The notes below the pieces were generated by a model. It did no database searches. It had not been told where the DNA came from and was given only the letters and a program-made list of their open reading frames with translations. Shown here in pieces: positions 1 through 10,593 of a stretch of 64,000 bases of DNA. The position numbers and the translations under genes were made by a program. Position 1 is the first letter of the stretch. Each line of letters opens with the position of its first letter. Source of the DNA: Candidatus Multivoradales bacterium (lineage in GTDB: Bacteria > Acidobacteriota > Thermoanaerobaculia > Multivoradales > JAHEKO01); assembly GCA_965223155.1 (NCBI GenBank), contig CBDCVR010000015.1:416001-480000 (forward strand), in the 5' to 3' direction.

Positions 1-2
1 CC

Positions 3-1238
3 GCACGGAGCGTGCTTCCAGCGCTCGCCGGCGCGGGTGGCTCCCTCGGCACAGCGAGCGCGACGGGCTGGATTGGCCTCGTCGCCGTGCCGGCCATCGT
101 CGGGCGCCTGCTCGGGGACACGGGCCGAGCCCGTAGCTCGTCCTGGCTGCCGGGAGCGGTCTTGCTCATCGCTGCCGCGCTCCTTCTTGGCCATCGAGAC
201 GGCATCGCCGTGACCGGAGCACTCGCGGGAATCCTGGCCTTGGCTCTCCCCGCCAGCCTTCTCGGCGCCATCGCCTCCTTGCCCACGCGCTCGGGGCCCG
301 GCGAGCGCGCGCGGCGGGCTCTAGCCGGGACCGGCCTGGTACTTGCCTCAGCGCCCCTGATACCGGCCGAGCCCGCGCTTCTGGCCGGCTTCCTGGCTCT
401 GGCGAGCGCCCCAGGACTCTCGTCGAGTGCGGTTCGCATGCAGGCGGTCTGGGCGACAGCTCTGATAGGCGTAGCCGGCCTCGCGGCAGGCTTGCCATGG
501 CTCAACCCCCAACCGCTCGAAGCAGCGCTGGGCGTCTTCGGGCTGACTTTCGGCTGGAAGGCAATTTCGGCCGTTGCCGCGACGCTGGCAGCTCTGGTCC
601 TGGCCGAGCACAGCATGCGCCGGACCAGCCTCGGCTCGCGTCCCGGCTGGGCGCCGGCCTTGGCTCCGGGCCTAGCCGCCGTGGCCATTCTGGCCGCGGC
701 TCTGACGCCGTCCATTCTTCGGCCGACCGAGCCGCTCCTGACCGACGCCATCGTGCTTGGATCCGACGAGCCCGAGCACGAGATCTTGCTCGACGTCGGA
801 GCGCGCGGCTCCCTGGCCGTGGTCGATGCCTATCTGGGAGGTGAACCGCTTGCGGTCGGAACGCCAGCCCTGGCGATCACCTTCTTCGCGGGCAACGCGC
901 AGATCGAGCGAATGACTCTGGACGCCGGCATCGACATCGCCAATTGGGCCGCCGATCGACCTTCGGCCGGTCAGGGCGTAGCGCCCGCACCGGCAGCGTC
1001 CGCCGGTCTGAATCTCGTTCCCGACGGAGTCGCTCGCCGGAGCTTCATCCGGCAAGCCCGGAGGGCGGCGGTGCCCTGGATCGCTCGGCCGGCGCCGGAC
1101 GGTCCCTACTTCGCGCGCCGCTACCGGTCGCGGCACCCGGTCGCTCTCGAGCTACCCGCCGATCGCGTGCGCCTGGAGGTCACCGACGAGGCCCGGGGCT
1201 CGGTCGAGGTCGCGCTCTTCTATCTGGGAGTCCGTTGA
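3..1238 (+). CDS. Polytopic membrane protein with C-terminal soluble domain, 5'-truncated by the window edge; hypothetical envelope protein
   Basis: Frame is open to the window start; many hydrophobic segments; stop TGA overlaps the ATG of the next gene (TGATG at 1236-1240). Confidence 0.7.
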   Translation, partial: ARSVLPALAGAGGSLGTASATGWIGLVAVPAIVGRLLGDTGRARSSSWLPGAVLLIAAALLLGHRDGIAVTGALAGILALALPASLLGAIASLPTRSGPGERARRALAGTGLVLASAPLIPAEPALLAGFLALASAPGLSSSAVRMQAVWATALIGVAGLAAGLPWLNPQPLEAALGVFGLTFGWKAISAVAATLAALVLAEHSMRRTSLGSRPGWAPALAPGLAAVAILAAALTPSILRPTEPLLTDAIVLGSDEPEHEILLDVGARGSLAVVDAYLGGEPLAVGTPALAITFFAGNAQIERMTLDAGIDIANWAADRPSAGQGVAPAPAASAGLNLVPDGVARRSFIRQARRAAVPWIARPAPDGPYFARRYRSRHPVALELPADRVRLEVTDEARGSVEVALFYLGVR

Positions 1239-3550
1239 TGAGCGGCCGACCCAGACCCGCACCCCGACCCGAAAGCGGAAGCGAGTCGCGTAGTTCCAGA
1301 CTCCGGCCAGAGCCTGGATCGGCGCTCGAACCCACGCAGCGACCGCTGTTCTGGCTTGCCGCGGGCATTCTGGCATCGGTCCTCTTCGCCCGGCTTCTGG
1401 AATGGAACGGGGAGACGTTCGCCGCAATCGCCGGCAGCCGGCCCCTTACGGGCACCCTGGTCGCCTTGCCCCTGGCGGCCGGCCTCTTCGCCGCGGCCGC
1501 GGCCCTGGCCCAGAGCGGCCCCTCCGGAGGGTGGATCCGTCTGGGCGCGGCCGTCTCCTGCGGAATTCTGGCGCTCCGCTCGCACGAGCTGGGCCTACGC
1601 TGGAGCGAAGCCCTGCTCTCGGGAGTGGTGATGGCGGCCATCACGGCGCTTGCCCTGGGGCACGCCATCGCGCAAACCGCCGTGCTGAGCCGGCTCGACG
1701 CTGGTCTGAAGCGGACCGGAGCGCTGGTGCTGACGGTTCTTGCCGTCTATGCCCTGGCTCTGCCATGGACGCACCGGATGCGCCCGCCGAACGGAGACGA
1801 GCCCTACTACCTGCTTCTGACCCACAGCCTGGCCTACGATCACGACACCGATCTCGCCAACAACTACGAGGCCGGCGATTCGTTGCGGTACATGGGCCGG
1901 AAGATCGGTCCGCAGTACAAGGATCCGGTCGGGCCCGAGGGCCAGATGTACTCCCGGCACAACGCCACGCTGTCGCTGGTTCTGGCCCCCATCTACCGCT
2001 GGCTCGGTCCTCTGGGCGTGCTCGCGGCGATGGCCCTCATGACCGCCGCGTTCGCGGGAGGGGCCTCGCTTCTGACCGAGCGCTACTACCCGGACCGGCC
2101 CCGGGAAGCGCTTTGGGCCGGCGCCGTGACCGGCCTGGCGCCGCCGCTCTTACTCTACAGCTACCAGGTCTGGGTGGAGGTGCCCGCGGCCCTGGTCGCC
2201 ATCGGAGTTACTCTCGCCATCCATCACATCCGAGCGCGGACCGGCCCTGGCGAGACCGGCTTTCCTGTCTTGGCTGCTGGCTCGGGCCTCGCCGGCCTGC
2301 TCTTGCTGTCCACGCTCAAGCTCCGCTTCCTCGCTCTGGCGGCGGGTCTCACCATGCTGGCGTGGTCCTACTGTCCGCCTCATCTGAAACGCTGGGTCGT
2401 CCGCCTCGGGCTGGGGTTGGGGCTCGTCTTCGCGACGACTCTCCTTTTCAACACCGCGGTTTTCGGAGCCGGCCTCAAGCACCACAGTTGGGGCTCCCTT
2501 CTGGGCTACGCCACCTCGCCGCTGTCCTACGCTCGCGGCCTCGGCGGTATCTTCTTCGACGCCTCTTTCGGGCTCTTCGCCACCGGACCGATCTGGATCC
2601 TGCTGCTGCCGGGTGCAGTGCTCACTGCCCGCTCGCGGCCCAGGATCCTGGTGGATCTGGCTCTGGCCACGAGCCTCTACTGCGCTCTCCTCGCTCCGCG
2701 GCTGGAGTGGTACGGAGGCTGGAGTCCCCCGTTCCGCTATGCCCTCGTACTGCTGCCGTTTCTCGCGCCCCTCCTGGTTCCGACGCTAGGTCCGGCCCTT
2801 GGACGCCGGGGCTCGACGCGCCAGCGGACGGCCCTTGCCGCCCTGGGCGCGGCGACCGTGGCCCTGAGCCTCGTCTGGGTCGTGCTGCCCGGCTGGACCT
2901 ACAATTTCGCCGACGGCCGCTCGCTGCTCCTCGACCACCTGGGCATCGCCTTCGGCGGCGACCTGGCCCGATTCTTCCCGAGCTTCGTGCGACCGCGGCC
3001 GGCAAACCTGGTCTGGGTCGCGGCCTTGGGCCTCAGCGCCGGCGTCTTCGCAGCCCGGGCGGGAAGGCGGGCTCGGGGCACGGGCGTCGCGGCCGGCGTC
3101 GTCCTTTTCGTCCTGGCGCTGGCCTGTCTTCCACTCGTTGCCGGCACACCCCATCGGGTAGTCCAGTTCGAGGACCCGTATGTCACCAAGAACGGTGGCG
3201 CCCTCTATCCCGAGCGCTGGCGCCGGAGCCGCGTCACCGTCCGGGGAGCTTGGGAGCTCGAGCCTGGTGATTCGGTGTCGATTCCGATCCGGCCGGCCGG
3301 AACCTCGCTCGCGATCGAGCTCGAGGTCATGCATCGCGTAATCCGCAAGCGAGCGGCAATCGAGGTGCTGGAGAACGGCGCCGTCATCCATGCGCAGGCC
3401 TTGCCGCCGGCCAAGGGATGGCTCAGCCTCCGTCTCGGACCGATTCCGTGGAGCGGCGCCTCCGAGTTGACGTTCCGGCTGCGCGGCCCCAAGCGCTCCG
3501 TCGCCTTCCTGGACCGAGCGGTCCTGCGCTGGCACGGGACGGCACCCTAG
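1238..3550 (+). CDS. GT-C fold-like (ArnT/PMT-like) polytopic membrane glycosyltransferase
   Basis: Multiple TM helices; DE dyad in first outer loop (PPNGDEPYYLLLTHSL); later WYGGWSPPFRY motif; start coupled to upstream stop. Confidence 0.65.
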   Translation: MSGRPRPAPRPESGSESRSSRLRPEPGSALEPTQRPLFWLAAGILASVLFARLLEWNGETFAAIAGSRPLTGTLVALPLAAGLFAAAAALAQSGPSGGWIRLGAAVSCGILALRSHELGLRWSEALLSGVVMAAITALALGHAIAQTAVLSRLDAGLKRTGALVLTVLAVYALALPWTHRMRPPNGDEPYYLLLTHSLAYDHDTDLANNYEAGDSLRYMGRKIGPQYKDPVGPEGQMYSRHNATLSLVLAPIYRWLGPLGVLAAMALMTAAFAGGASLLTERYYPDRPREALWAGAVTGLAPPLLLYSYQVWVEVPAALVAIGVTLAIHHIRARTGPGETGFPVLAAGSGLAGLLLLSTLKLRFLALAAGLTMLAWSYCPPHLKRWVVRLGLGLGLVFATTLLFNTAVFGAGLKHHSWGSLLGYATSPLSYARGLGGIFFDASFGLFATGPIWILLLPGAVLTARSRPRILVDLALATSLYCALLAPRLEWYGGWSPPFRYALVLLPFLAPLLVPTLGPALGRRGSTRQRTALAALGAATVALSLVWVVLPGWTYNFADGRSLLLDHLGIAFGGDLARFFPSFVRPRPANLVWVAALGLSAGVFAARAGRRARGTGVAAGVVLFVLALACLPLVAGTPHRVVQFEDPYVTKNGGALYPERWRRSRVTVRGAWELEPGDSVSIPIRPAGTSLAIELEVMHRVIRKRAAIEVLENGAVIHAQALPPAKGWLSLRLGPIPWSGASELTFRLRGPKRSVAFLDRAVLRWHGTAP

Positions 3551-3580
3551 CGACCGAAGGGCCGAGTCTTCAGCAAGCCC

Positions 3581-6385
3581 CTAGAACGGGTTTCCGAAGC
3601 TCAGAAAGATCACCGGCGAATCCGCGAAGTCGTCGTCCAGGGGCCAACCCACCTCCAGCCGGAGCGGGCCCACCGGCGACAGAAACCGCAGTCCGACGCC
3701 GGCGCCGACCTGCAAGGCGTCCAGATCCAGGCCGTCCCAATCGCCGAAAACGTTGCCGGCGTCCACGAACACGGTCCCGCCCAGGGCGCCGGCGATCGGA
3801 AACCTGTAGTCCAGGTTGGCCAGCACCAGCCCATTGCCGCCGATCGGTACCCGCCGCTCGGTGCCATCTTCATCGACCACGGTCAGGAGAGTCTCGCCCT
3901 CGACGCCCAACAGGTCCCGCCGGTAAGCCCGGTGGGTGCTGCGCCCGCCGGCAAAGAAGCGCTCCGAGATCGGTACCGCCGCCGAAGTCAGCCCGTCCGG
4001 CACCGTCGAATCAACGGCCGGCACATCGCCCCCGGGCTCGATGCCGCCGAGGCGAAAACTGCTGGCCAGTACACCGGCTCGCCCCAGCGGCACGTAGCCC
4101 GTCACCTGGCCGAAGGCCTTGGCGAATTGCGCCGTCGCTCCAACCCAGGGGAACGCGTACTCCAGTTGAAGCGATGACGACCAGCCGGTGGTCGGCACCA
4201 GCGGGTCGTTCCGCCGGTCCACAAACCACCTGGGGGTCAGGCTCAGAATGTCCACGTCGCGCAGCCTGCGATCGATCTCGAGCGCCTTGAGAGCGGGGTC
4301 GGGGTCCTCGACCTCCACCTGCTTTGCGGTCAGGAGCAGACCGTAGCGGGACGAGCCGCGCTCGTACTCGCCGTTGATCTGGAGCCCTCTGCGGTCGGAG
4401 GTGAAGCTCTCCTGCTCTTCGACCACCGTAAAGAGCGAATAGGTGACCGGCAAGCGAACGCGTCCGACGAAGGGCTGGCGCACCAGGAAGCGAGCCTGCT
4501 GCTCGCGCTCGCTGAACCGGAGATCCAGCCGGGCAGCCACGGCACGGCCGAAAAGATTGCCGTGCGAGTAGCCCAAGAGCGTGCGCACGCCGTCCTCGGA
4601 GTCGTAGCCGACGCCAAAGCTGCCCTTCTGCGCCCGCCCCTCCACCACCTCCACCAAGACGTCGCGCTCGGTGGCGAACGGCATCGAGGGGGCCAGGCGC
4701 ACGACGACATTCGAGAAGACGCCCAGGCGGTAGAGGTCGCGCTGCACCGTCAGCAGGCGCCTGCGATTGACCGGCTCGCCGCCGGCGAGATCGATCGACC
4801 GGCGCAGAACGTCCGCCCGGACCCGCCGGTTGCCGCGAATCACGACCCGGTCCACGGTCGCCTGCGGCCCTTCCAAGACTCCGAACTCGACGTCGGCCAG
4901 AAGTCCGGAGTCATCCCAGCGCACCTCGGACGACACCTGCGCGGAAAGGTAACCGGCCTCCTCCAGCCGGGCTCGCAGCTCCGCCGCGGCGTCCTCGACA
5001 CGCCGCTGATGGAAGGGTCCTCCGGCCTCGATCGGCAGGCTGCCGGCTGCCGGCGTCAGGGCCTCGAGGCCCGGGTACGTCACCGAGACGACCCGGCGGC
5101 GACGGCCTTCCTGAATCGAAATCGCCACCCGCAGCTCGTCCCCGGCCTCTTCGACCACGGCGGTGCCCACCTCCGCTTCGAAAAAGCCCTCGAGGGCGTA
5201 GTAGGCCCGCAAGTTCCGCAGATCTTCTTCTAGCTCGCTGTCCACCAAGCGTCCACTACCCCGGAAGAACGCGCGAGAGAGCGTCGTCGCCATCCGAGCC
5301 TCGAGGCTTCGCGTGGTCAGGACCTCGTTGCCCTCGAGATCCAGGCTCGTCAGCGTAAACACCGGCCCCGGTTCGATCGTCAGATCGAGGAGACGCTCGT
5401 GGCCGGCTTCGGTTTGCTCCGCCTCGACCCGGACTCGATAGTGACCGCGCCGCTGAAAGTCGTCGCGAATCCGGTTGACGGTCTGGAGCAGAAGCGCTTC
5501 GTCGAAATGTTCCGATTCGAGCGCGTCGAGAAGTCCCCGCCGGCGGAGCAGGTCGGCATCGAACCCCGAGAACCGGATCCGGAAGACCGGCCCGACGGTC
5601 ACCGGAAACGAGAGCGCCACCGGACCGGCCTCGCCGGGCTCCGACACCGAGGGCTGGCCGACCGACGCGGCCAGGTAACCGCGCTTGATGAGCCAGCGCT
5701 CGAGCCGCTCCGCTTCCTGCGGCAACCGGCCCCGCACGAGACGGTCCCCGACCTTGAGCCGCAGCAGGGCTTCGAGCTCGCTCGCCTCCAGGCCGGCGAG
5801 CTCTCCCGCAACCGCGATCGACGCCACCCTTTGAGGCTCGCGGCAGGTCAGGTGATAGACCACGTCGGCCTGCTGGGTGGCATCGTCCACAGCTACCTCG
5901 AGCCGAACCGCCGCCTCCGGGTAGCCACGCTCGGCCAGCAGGTCCCGGAGGCGGTAGACGCCACGCAGCATCCGGCTCTCGCTCAGGGTCGAGCGGGCGC
6001 GTTGCTCGAGAACGGCGCGGAGCGGCGACTCCTTGAGGCAGACGTCTCCGGCCAAGCGCACCGAACGGACTTGCAGTTTGAGCGCGACCTCGAAGGTCAC
6101 TTGCACCCGGCCGCCGGCATCCGAGTCCGATCCCGCAGGCGAGACCGGGCCGACATAGGCGTGGGCGGTGCGCACGACTCCCGAGGCCTGGAGGTTTCGT
6201 AGGCTTCGACGAACCGCGTCCTCGGACAGAGGCTCGCCGGGCTGGACCACGAGGAGCTCCATTAGCGTCGAGGCTTCGTCGGTCGGTACGCTGCTACGCA
6301 AGACCACGGCATCCACCACCGCGGCCGCGCCGGCGGAGGGGCCCGCCAGGGCCAGGAGCGCCAGGGCTAGAAGGATTCTTCCCAC
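3581..6385 (-). CDS. Omp85-family outer membrane assembly protein (BamA/TamA-like, multiple POTRA domains)
   Basis: Signal-like N-terminus from GTG 6385; POTRA-like repeats; ERFFAGGRSTHRAY loop; GVGLRFLSPVGPLRLEVG; C-terminal F (SFGNPF). Start uncertain (alternative 6457). Confidence 0.9.
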   Translation of the reverse strand: MGRILLALALLALAGPSAGAAAVVDAVVLRSSVPTDEASTLMELLVVQPGEPLSEDAVRRSLRNLQASGVVRTAHAYVGPVSPAGSDSDAGGRVQVTFEVALKLQVRSVRLAGDVCLKESPLRAVLEQRARSTLSESRMLRGVYRLRDLLAERGYPEAAVRLEVAVDDATQQADVVYHLTCREPQRVASIAVAGELAGLEASELEALLRLKVGDRLVRGRLPQEAERLERWLIKRGYLAASVGQPSVSEPGEAGPVALSFPVTVGPVFRIRFSGFDADLLRRRGLLDALESEHFDEALLLQTVNRIRDDFQRRGHYRVRVEAEQTEAGHERLLDLTIEPGPVFTLTSLDLEGNEVLTTRSLEARMATTLSRAFFRGSGRLVDSELEEDLRNLRAYYALEGFFEAEVGTAVVEEAGDELRVAISIQEGRRRRVVSVTYPGLEALTPAAGSLPIEAGGPFHQRRVEDAAAELRARLEEAGYLSAQVSSEVRWDDSGLLADVEFGVLEGPQATVDRVVIRGNRRVRADVLRRSIDLAGGEPVNRRRLLTVQRDLYRLGVFSNVVVRLAPSMPFATERDVLVEVVEGRAQKGSFGVGYDSEDGVRTLLGYSHGNLFGRAVAARLDLRFSEREQQARFLVRQPFVGRVRLPVTYSLFTVVEEQESFTSDRRGLQINGEYERGSSRYGLLLTAKQVEVEDPDPALKALEIDRRLRDVDILSLTPRWFVDRRNDPLVPTTGWSSSLQLEYAFPWVGATAQFAKAFGQVTGYVPLGRAGVLASSFRLGGIEPGGDVPAVDSTVPDGLTSAAVPISERFFAGGRSTHRAYRRDLLGVEGETLLTVVDEDGTERRVPIGGNGLVLANLDYRFPIAGALGGTVFVDAGNVFGDWDGLDLDALQVGAGVGLRFLSPVGPLRLEVGWPLDDDFADSPVIFLSFGNPF

Positions 6386-9300
6386 TTGGCGTCCACGGCG
6401 TAGGTGCCGTCGCCGTTTTGTGTCAAGACCAGGACCACCGAAGAACTGAGGCTCCACTTGAGCTCGAGCACCTGCTCTTCGGTCTGGGAGGGGTCGTAGG
6501 AATAGGTGGCGAAGAGATCTCTCGAAAGCTGCTTGCCGACGGTCACTCGCGCCGACGACAGGCTACCGGTCGAGCTGGTGAGCGGATCGATCCGGAACTG
6601 GTCGAGGCCGAAGAGACGATTGAACCGGCTCGCCACCAGGGAGCCGGCCTGGCCGTACAGGAAACCCTCGGCGGCCGCCTGGTCGTCGGCGCCCGAGCCC
6701 TCGAGCGACGCCTCACCTGGCTGGGTGCCACCGGTCAGAAGCGCCAGGACTTCGAGCTCCGCCAGGGGCGGGTCAGACACGAAGTCGAAGTCCAGCTGAT
6801 CCGGCGTCCCCGACAGATTGAGCTGCAGATCGTAGTCGCGCAGGTCGGCCCGCGCCACCAGATCGATGACCGGCTGCAACCGGTACGGATTCGTAAAACT
6901 CAGCAAACCCCGCTCCAGCCGGTACTCGGTGCCCGAGTAGACCAACTCGCCACCGGGCTCGAGCTCCACCTCGCCGAAGACGATCGGGCGCGCCAGGCTG
7001 CCCCGGATCACCAGATCGGCCGACCCGGTGAGATCGGCAGCGTTGTTGCGGATCCGCAGCGTGTTGTCGGCGACGACGTCCAGATTCAGGAGAGTCGTCG
7101 AGAGCCATTCGTCGGTCTCGCCCACCTCCACCCGCCGCCGGGCGAACATGACGCTCAGCAGCTGGTCCAGGCCGGTCGGCACGTTCCCCAGGTAGAGAGC
7201 TCGATCCAGTGAAACCGTGCCGGTCAACTGCTGCCCGGCTGGATTGGACGCCAGCACCACGTCGGAATCGGCCCGGATCGACCAACCCTCCGGGTAGCGC
7301 AAACTCATGTCCGCGCCCGAGACCTGGAAGGTGTAGGTCGGGGCGTCTCCATCCCAGCGCATGCTGCCGGCACCGCGAATCGCACCGCCCGCCGCCTCCG
7401 CCTCGAGCGTGTCGAGCACCAGCTGATCGGGATAGAAGAGCAAGACCGCGCGTGTGTCGCGCGCGGCCAGGGTCAGCCCCGGAGCCAGGATCCGACCATC
7501 GACCAGCTCGCCGACGCCGTCGAAGTCGATCGCCTCGGACGCACCGCCGACGGATCCAATCACGTCGAACCGACCCTCCGAGAACTCCAGGCCCTCGGGA
7601 ACCCAGGGCTCGAACCAGGCCGCGTCCATCGAAGCCTGCACGTTGAGATCCACCGCGCCGGGCTCGGAGAGAGCGAGGCTTCCGCCTACGAAGAGCTCAC
7701 TGACCCCGGCCGGATCGCCCAGAAAGAGGCTCACCAGCTCGACCGAGCCGTCCTCGATCCTGGCCTCCACCGGCTCGAGGTTGGTCAGAGCGAGATCCCC
7801 ATGCGCGAGCGATAGCCGCTCCAGCGCGAGCGTGGCCACGGGCAGGGACTCGGTTCCCAAGGCTCCAACGACGTCGAGCCGGCCACCAGCGCTGGCGGCA
7901 AGGCCCGGGAGCTCGGCGTCGGTGGCCAGCCGGGCCAGGGCCGCGAGATCGATCGCCTCCACCGCAAAGGACAGGTCTACGGCCTCCCCGGTCACGTCTC
8001 CGCCACCGGCGACCTGCAACAGCTCAGGCAGATCGAGCTCCAGCTCAGCCCGGCCATCGCCCCAGCGGGCCTCGAGCTCACCGCTGCCCGCGCCCAGCGC
8101 CCGGCCTCCCAGGGTCAACTCGTCCAAGCGGGCTTCGAGGGCGAGGTCCGGCAGCGCCGACGAGCCCGTCAGGCGAGCGTCGATCGCGACCGTGCCGGCG
8201 AGCTCGGCTCGCCGCTCGCCGGCTCCTCCGAATCGAGCCAGCAGGTCGGCCGCAGCCAGACCGTCCGACTCAGCCGCGAGGTCCAGCCGGTCGGCCGCCG
8301 TGTCGAAGAGACCCAGCACGCGGATCGCCGCTTCGCCCAGCCGCAGCTCGGCCTCGTGAACCGTCAGCACGCCGGAGGCAAGCGCCAGGTCGGCGTCCAG
8401 TCGATCCAGCTCGATCGACGAGGTCGCGCCCGAGAGCACCAGCGGGACTGACTGTCCCCGCACCGTCGCGGCTAGATCCTCACCCGCGCCGCGCATCGTG
8501 ACAGCGCCCGAAAAGTCCCCATCGGCCGGGAGCTCGAACGGCAGCCACACCGCCGCCTGTCCCAGGGGCCAGCGCTCGGCGTCGATCGCCAGATCCAGGT
8601 CCGGAGCTTCCGGATCCGCGAGATCGATCTCGCCGGCGACGATCATGGCGGCGTCCCGATCCAGCAGCTCGAGGCGCAGATCTCGGATCGCCGCCGGTTC
8701 GACACGCAGCCGGCCGCGAAGCTCTTTCGCGGCGAACCCGGGGGCCTCGACTTCTTCGAGGTCGAGGTCGACCTGGGTCACGACTCGTTCTCCGGCAAGC
8801 TCGACCCGGCCTCCAATCGCGCCCCGGCCTCGCTCCGGCCGCCAGGGGCTCTCGTCTGCGGGCAGGGGCAGGAGCTCGAGGACGCGCTCGACCCGGTCGG
8901 TGGCGACGTCGAAGTCGAAGGCGCCCGACCCGTCCGCGATGTCGTAGCTCCCCTCCGCCTGGATGAGATGTCCATCGCCTTGTAAGCGCACCGCCTCTGT
9001 GGACAGAACGCCCTCGCCGATGTTGAGGACCGCCGAGCCGCTCATCGGGATTCCCGGGCCCTCCGCCGGCCGGATCTCGAGATCGGCCCAGCCGTGCCCA
9101 GCGTCCGGCTGCGACCGCTCGAACTGGTACGTAATGGCGCCATCCGCGCGGCTCGCAAAGCCCGCGAGCGGAATCTTCTGATCGGCCAAGAGAGCGTCCA
9201 GGGCGACTCCCTCGAGACGCAGGTCGATCTCGACGTCCGGCTCGCTCGCGCCGGTCTCGACCCGGGCCGAGTCTTGGCTCTGGCTTGGGCCAGGGCTCGA

Positions 9301-10359
9301 GCGAGAGCCCGAGGCCATCTTCACCGCTCCGCGCAGGTCGCCTCCCGAATAGTCGGCCCGCTCGATCTGCACGCGAAGCCCCTCGGCGTCGGCCACGATC
9401 CGGCCGCGCACGTCGGCCAGATCCCGCTCCAGCACCGTGACCCGGCGCGACTCGAGGTCGCCACTCACCGACCAAGCCGGTCCCGAACGCACGAACGCGC
9501 CGGCGAACTCGAACGGCCCCGCCAGCAGGCCGTTGCCGTACCCAAGCCGATCCAGCACGGCCAGGCGCCCACCGGCATCGATCCGAAATCGCGCCTCGGG
9601 CGCTTGGCCCCAGGTCCACCGGCCGTAGACCTCAGCGCGAACGTCGGGCGCTTCGAGGGTGCCGCTCCGCAGAGTGAAGCCCTTCGCGTCCAGCGCCACC
9701 TGCATCGTCAACGAGCCCAGGTACGGTTCGGCATCGCCATGGCGGAAGCTCACTTCCTCCGCCCGGGCCCGACCCTCGAGGCTCAGACCTTCGCCGGCCT
9801 CCGATCCTTCGGCTCCTTGGAGAAGGGCCACCACGTTCCGCGCCGACAGGTCCAGGTCGTAGCGACGGTGGTCCAGCTCGAAGATACCGTCCCGGATCTC
9901 GACCCAGCCCAGGAGGAGTCCCAGGCGCCGGTCGCCTCCCGTCCGGGTCCAGCGCGGAGTGTCCGGATTCCCGTCTTCGTCGAATTCGATGCGCACTTCG
10001 GGACGGATGATCTCCAACCGGCGGAGAGTAATCTGCCGCCGCCAGAAGGAGTCTATGTAGGCCTCGACGCGCAGGCGTTCGAGCCGGGCAAAAGGCGGTT
10101 CGGCCGTGTCTTTGCCCGCAATGACCACGTCTTCCAGGGTGGCCGACAGCGGAATCAAGTCCAGATCCACCGAACCGACCTCGACCGGGCGGTCCAGGCC
10201 CGCCGAGACCCGGCTCTCGACCTGGCCCGCCAGCCAGGACGACACCCAGCGCCCTTCGATGAACTTGAGCGCCAGAAACAGGACCAGAACCAGGCCGACG
10301 ATCGTCCAGGCGGCGGGACGGATCAGCCAGCGCGCGGTTCGGGAGCGCCGCCAGCCCAT
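6367..10359 (-). CDS. tamB: Translocation and assembly module TamB / AsmA-like protein
   Basis: 1330 aa; N-terminal TM anchor; beta-rich repeats; C-terminal TamB-like region (VTVGKQLSRDLFATYS); adjacent to the Omp85 gene. Confidence 0.85.
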   Translation of the reverse strand: MGWRRSRTARWLIRPAAWTIVGLVLVLFLALKFIEGRWVSSWLAGQVESRVSAGLDRPVEVGSVDLDLIPLSATLEDVVIAGKDTAEPPFARLERLRVEAYIDSFWRRQITLRRLEIIRPEVRIEFDEDGNPDTPRWTRTGGDRRLGLLLGWVEIRDGIFELDHRRYDLDLSARNVVALLQGAEGSEAGEGLSLEGRARAEEVSFRHGDAEPYLGSLTMQVALDAKGFTLRSGTLEAPDVRAEVYGRWTWGQAPEARFRIDAGGRLAVLDRLGYGNGLLAGPFEFAGAFVRSGPAWSVSGDLESRRVTVLERDLADVRGRIVADAEGLRVQIERADYSGGDLRGAVKMASGSRSSPGPSQSQDSARVETGASEPDVEIDLRLEGVALDALLADQKIPLAGFASRADGAITYQFERSQPDAGHGWADLEIRPAEGPGIPMSGSAVLNIGEGVLSTEAVRLQGDGHLIQAEGSYDIADGSGAFDFDVATDRVERVLELLPLPADESPWRPERGRGAIGGRVELAGERVVTQVDLDLEEVEAPGFAAKELRGRLRVEPAAIRDLRLELLDRDAAMIVAGEIDLADPEAPDLDLAIDAERWPLGQAAVWLPFELPADGDFSGAVTMRGAGEDLAATVRGQSVPLVLSGATSSIELDRLDADLALASGVLTVHEAELRLGEAAIRVLGLFDTAADRLDLAAESDGLAAADLLARFGGAGERRAELAGTVAIDARLTGSSALPDLALEARLDELTLGGRALGAGSGELEARWGDGRAELELDLPELLQVAGGGDVTGEAVDLSFAVEAIDLAALARLATDAELPGLAASAGGRLDVVGALGTESLPVATLALERLSLAHGDLALTNLEPVEARIEDGSVELVSLFLGDPAGVSELFVGGSLALSEPGAVDLNVQASMDAAWFEPWVPEGLEFSEGRFDVIGSVGGASEAIDFDGVGELVDGRILAPGLTLAARDTRAVLLFYPDQLVLDTLEAEAAGGAIRGAGSMRWDGDAPTYTFQVSGADMSLRYPEGWSIRADSDVVLASNPAGQQLTGTVSLDRALYLGNVPTGLDQLLSVMFARRRVEVGETDEWLSTTLLNLDVVADNTLRIRNNAADLTGSADLVIRGSLARPIVFGEVELEPGGELVYSGTEYRLERGLLSFTNPYRLQPVIDLVARADLRDYDLQLNLSGTPDQLDFDFVSDPPLAELEVLALLTGGTQPGEASLEGSGADDQAAAEGFLYGQAGSLVASRFNRLFGLDQFRIDPLTSSTGSLSSARVTVGKQLSRDLFATYSYDPSQTEEQVLELKWSLSSSVVLVLTQNGDGTYAVDAKWEESF

Positions 10360-10363
10360 CGCT

Positions 10364-10593
10364 TAGCAGCCCGCGGTGGACGTCAAGACGGTCGCCGTGC
10401 AGCCGCCGTACGGTGTGATGCAAGGCGTCGCGACGAGCCTGATGCGGTGGCCTCGTCGAGGAACGGCGCCGCCGCTACCCACCCCACGCCGCTCGCCATC
10501 CGTGAGGCGACCAACTCGCCTCTTCCTCGCTTCTACAAGCTGCACCGCAAGCCCTTGCCGCGCGACCCTCGGGACTTCGACCACGGACTGCTA
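10364..10593. mobile_element. Degenerate non-autonomous MITE-like element (~230 bp)
   Basis: Imperfect terminal inverted repeats: TAGCAGCCCGCGGTGGACGTC (10364) vs reverse complement TAGCAGTCCGTGGTCGAAGTC (10573-10593), 17/21 identical; TTAG/CTAG at the ends; no transposase. Confidence 0.6.
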